Source of the DNA: a virus
Taxonomy: Duplodnaviria; Caudoviricetes
IMG/VR virus record: IMGVR_UViG_3300006641_000002
Location: 1 to 60,638 of that record
Length of the DNA stretch: 60,638 bases
Strand: one strand, 5' to 3'
The position numbers were made by a program, and so were the translations under genes. Positions 59,373-60,638 of the stretch are shown in pieces. Position 1 is the stretch's first letter, and the number at the start of each line of letters is the position of its first letter. A model generated the notes under the pieces. It was not told the DNA's origin. It ran no database searches and worked only from the letters and a program-made list of their open reading frames with translations.

Positions 59373-59615
59373 TTACCGCTCAACCGCAAACGCGCTCTCA
59401 ATCTGCGCCGCGCCAACAAAGACCCAACTCGTCGGAAGCTTCTGCGCATCCGACCAATTCTCCGCGTCCCACGGGCCGGTGTCATAGACGATGCTCGGGT
59501 CTTCAATCTTGATGCCGTGCTCGTCCACTGCGACGAGTTTGCCAGCGTAAGCGTAGCTGGCGGCCATGACGTAGACGGTTTTTCCGATGAGGGTCTTGAT
59601 GATTTCGAGGTTCAT
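59373..59615 (-). CDS. Small Sm/LSm-like fold protein
   Basis: LIGKTVYV.....YAGKLVAVDEHGIKIED matches the Sm1 pattern; FVGAAQIES resembles Sm2; GGAG RBS. Confidence 0.6.
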   Translation of the reverse strand: MNLEIIKTLIGKTVYVMAASYAYAGKLVAVDEHGIKIEDPSIVYDTGPWDAENWSDAQKLPTSWVFVGAAQIESAFAVER

Positions 59616-59923
59616 GTTCTCTCCGCTTGTTTCAGATGATTTATCAACTCGGCAAAAGCTTTAGATAGCGCTTCGCAATCCTTGGTGGAAAACCGAAGAC
59701 GAAGCACATCACCTGCGATTGGGTGCACCCAAGCCATTTCAACGAGGTCCATTTTCAAATGAATCGCGTTGCAACCTAAAGACCGATTTATGACGTAAAG
59801 CGCATCGTTTAGGGCCGCGACCTCACCGTTCTTCTCCTCCTCTTCTGTCAGTCTCACCGATCTTCTCCTCCTCTTCTTCCAGTTGCTTCGCCAAATCCAG
59901 CCACGCGTTGCCGAGTATTTCAA
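59612..59923 (-). CDS. Hypothetical protein (start uncertain)
   Basis: C-terminal DCEALSKAFAELINHLK motif shared with neighbouring genes. Confidence 0.45.
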   Translation of the reverse strand: MKYSATRGWIWRSNWKKRRRRSVRLTEEEEKNGEVAALNDALYVINRSLGCNAIHLKMDLVEMAWVHPIAGDVLRLRFSTKDCEALSKAFAELINHLKQAERT

Positions 59924-60026
59924 CGTCTTTGCTAAGAGAGTCTGTATCCTCGCAAAACTCTGTCACAAGTGGCGCGTCGCGCCGAAGGTAAACATCGAAG
60001 CGCAAAAGACGTTTGATGAGGTTCAT
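59823..60026 (-). CDS. Hypothetical protein
   Basis: ATG 60026 overlaps the upstream stop; contains DVEILGNAWLDLAKQL. Confidence 0.5.
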   Translation of the reverse strand: MNLIKRLLRFDVYLRRDAPLVTEFCEDTDSLSKDVEILGNAWLDLAKQLEEEEEKIGETDRRGGEER

Positions 60027-60523
60027 GTTTTCTTCGCTTCTTTCAGTTGCTTCGCCAAATCCAAGAACGCATTGCCGATGACTTCGCAGTCTTCGGCGTC
60101 CAGCGCGAGCAACCAATTTCGAGGCAAGCCGTATTGGTTACTAATTTTGTCGGCTATTGATTCGCGAATCTTGTCCATTGGGTCAACCGTCTGCCGTTCA
60201 AGCTCAGCCAGCCGTCCAAGCTCAGCCAGCCGGTCAAAAGCCGCCATCCCAACGTAAACTTGCCCATGGCCCTCGCTTGGTTGTTTGCGCGATTCGTCAC
60301 TCATATCCCAATCACCTTCGATCACTTCGACTTCGGCGTTTCGTAAAGTCTCGGCAACTATAAACTTTCGCACACCTGACTTTTTGATCCAAACGCCACT
60401 ATCGGTCACCTCCGCCACGGCTCCCTCAACCATGATGCCGTAACGAAAGCCGTGACCGATTTCCTGCGGCACAAATATGGAAACGGTCTGACCAAGCAAC
60501 GCCTTGAAGGATTGGACGTCCAT
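60023..60523 (-). CDS. Hypothetical protein with possible N-terminal Sm-like domain
   Basis: LLGQTVSI...VEGAVAEVTDSGVWI; C-terminal DCEVIGNAFLDLAKQL. Confidence 0.6.
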   Translation of the reverse strand: MDVQSFKALLGQTVSIFVPQEIGHGFRYGIMVEGAVAEVTDSGVWIKKSGVRKFIVAETLRNAEVEVIEGDWDMSDESRKQPSEGHGQVYVGMAAFDRLAELGRLAELERQTVDPMDKIRESIADKISNQYGLPRNWLLALDAEDCEVIGNAFLDLAKQLKEAKKT

Positions 60524-60638
60524 CCCCCCCTCACACTCTTGTTTCGCCGCCTGGATGATGCATCGTGTTCTCTAAATCAATCTCCGCAACACCAACATGA
60601 TTTGACCGCCATCGCCCGGTGTACCGCGCATCGACGAC
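60519..60638. repeat. Terminal direct repeat (copy 2)
   Basis: Identical to bases 1-120. Confidence 0.95.

Noticed and set aside
59046-59512. Plus-strand DH/DP- and RP-repeat ORFs and the poly-Val frame
   Set aside because: These are alternative frames of the hexamer repeat. The minus-strand Ser-X frame has coupled starts and stops consistent with the operon.
60519-60638. Biological terminal repeat of the virion DNA
   Set aside because: An exact 120-bp overlap falling within a gene run, far from terS, is more simply an assembler circularisation overlap.

Overview
This window looks like a complete, circularly permuted temperate phage genome of about 60.5 kb; bases 1-120 are repeated at 60519-60638. 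It has a contractile (Mu-like) tail module. Several proteins resemble myxobacterial ones, so the host is probably in Myxococcota (inference). The modules are: replication (initiator with iterons, DnaB), a tyrosine integrase whose gene contains a tRNA-Thr(CGT)-type attP, a divergent Cro/CI-like switch, a Sak4-like ATPase/exonuclease/SSB/beta-clamp cluster, lysis, tail and baseplate, head and packaging, and a plus-strand accessory island with a serine resolvase. The standout locus is 55059-57862 (minus strand). It reads: sigma70-like promoter, 216-aa hypothetical gene, 6-unit array, nuclease-less Nop/IS110-C-terminal-domain protein, 16-unit array, intrinsic terminator. The arrays have a 38-nt period made of two alternating short repeats and two variable 8-9 nt spacers. 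This is the architecture of a TIGR-Tas (TasA-like) RNA-guided system, here with a non-canonical period, split arrays and reshuffled half-spacers. All protein calls come from motif recognition and gene order, not database searches.
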